From Hormiphora californensis (Eukaryota > Animalia > Ctenophora), in contig CM035354.1 of assembly GCA_020137815.1 (NCBI GenBank), forward strand, positions 2,294,001-2,358,000: a stretch of DNA of 64,000 bases. Direction: 5' to 3'. Positions 62,954 through 64,000 of the stretch are shown piece after piece (the first letter of the stretch is position 1; every line of letters begins with the position of its first letter). The notes under the pieces are model-generated. The model searched no databases, was not told where the DNA came from, and worked only from the letters and a program-made list of their open reading frames with translations. A program made the translations under genes and the position numbers.

Positions 62954-64000
62954 GTGAGATGATTTATTTATTAATTGCCAATAAACCTAATTGGTAATGA
63001 AATTAACCCTCCGCACAAGCAATAACCAACAATAATCCCGGGTACCTGTCCATTCTCATCATTGTATCGTTGCGAGGTAAACCTCCCCATGATACTTGTT
63101 GAGGCACGATTCAGCAGATTCTGGCTGTATTTGTCTCATTGTTTGTGTAACACCCAACACCAGACATCTTTCAAACCAGTTTCAATTAGTTGTACAAACA
63201 AGCGTTCCTTTATCTTAACTTCCTTCCTTTCTTTGTCTCTGTATCTGTCTCTCTGTCTCTGTATTTCTGTCTCTGTATTTCTGTCTCTGTATTTCTGTCT
63301 TTCTGTCTCTGTCTCTGTCTCTGCCTCTGTCTCTCTCTCTCTCTCTCTGCTTTGGTTCTGGTAAACTTCTTCGTCCCCTTTTGTATGCCCCTGCCCCCTT
63401 GTTTACTTCCTTACTTGTCTATACCCCAGCTCCACCACCTCTCACTACATACACGGCAGTGCTCGAGAGAGATAGGTAATAGAGAGAATATAGTGAGGGT
63501 AATAGAGATGGATGTTATACTATGATACAGCTGCGTGGATGGTTTTTGATGGTTTTTGATACGAGAACGACAAGAAAGATGGTGTGCGGAACCGAAGCTC
63601 CTGAACTCAATTTTAGTCAACCATAAAATCAAAATCACTAGACTAAACATGTTAAACATGTATACAGCTGATGCTATTGACGTGAGCACTCAGCTGTAGT
63701 ATAACATGGAGAGAAGATAAAGAAAGTGTAGTGCCTATCTGGAACTGCACATAATCTGTCCAACCAGGGTTAACTTTACAAAATACCCGTTAAATGTGTG
63801 CCGACTAAAATCTCTTCTCGGACGCGGCATTTCTTACAGCAGAAAGAGGAGCGGTAGAAGATGATTTGCCAAAATGCCGTGATACTTGACAAATATTGTG
63901 TGAGTGTGTTTGATAATCGCGGGAGAGTTATCAAGTACTATTAATTAATATGCACACTCATTACCATTCCCTACTTGAAGGGAGGGTCTTCACGTGGGAC

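Overview
Eukaryotic (animal) genomic DNA with GT-AG introns, abundant (GA)n microsatellites and many MITEs. The repeat families resemble, from memory and unverified, those of the ctenophore Pleurobrachia. By hand-splicing I reconstructed about 17 protein-coding genes. The minus strand carries a long co-oriented run (CK2alpha-like, TMEM203, TMEM216, HACD3, an MDR oxidoreductase, a C2H2 zinc-finger gene, ATG7), a Ly6/uPAR GPI-anchored protein, and a tight NOP6-like > ARMC7 cluster with an intronless TANGO2 inside ARMC7 intron 1 on the same strand. The plus strand carries a class C GPCR and a 2-TM orphan nested in a HACD3 intron, a 1-TM orphan nested in and overlapping NOP6-like, an orphan gene, and the 5' end of TTC28. 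The most notable system-level signals are: (1) 13 genes have a 3' splice acceptor 1-18 nt upstream of the ATG and three gene-to-gene gaps are only 132-238 nt, which suggests spliced-leader trans-splicing of operon-like transcripts; (2) splice junctions are repeatedly tandem-duplicated, including nine AG|GT junctions at one HACD3 exon; (3) different TIR elements are stacked head-to-tail at single sites. A ~6-7 kb duplicated block (31.3-45.1 kb) supplies filled and empty insertion sites. Several segments look like low-quality sequence, and some single-base frameshifts are probably errors.
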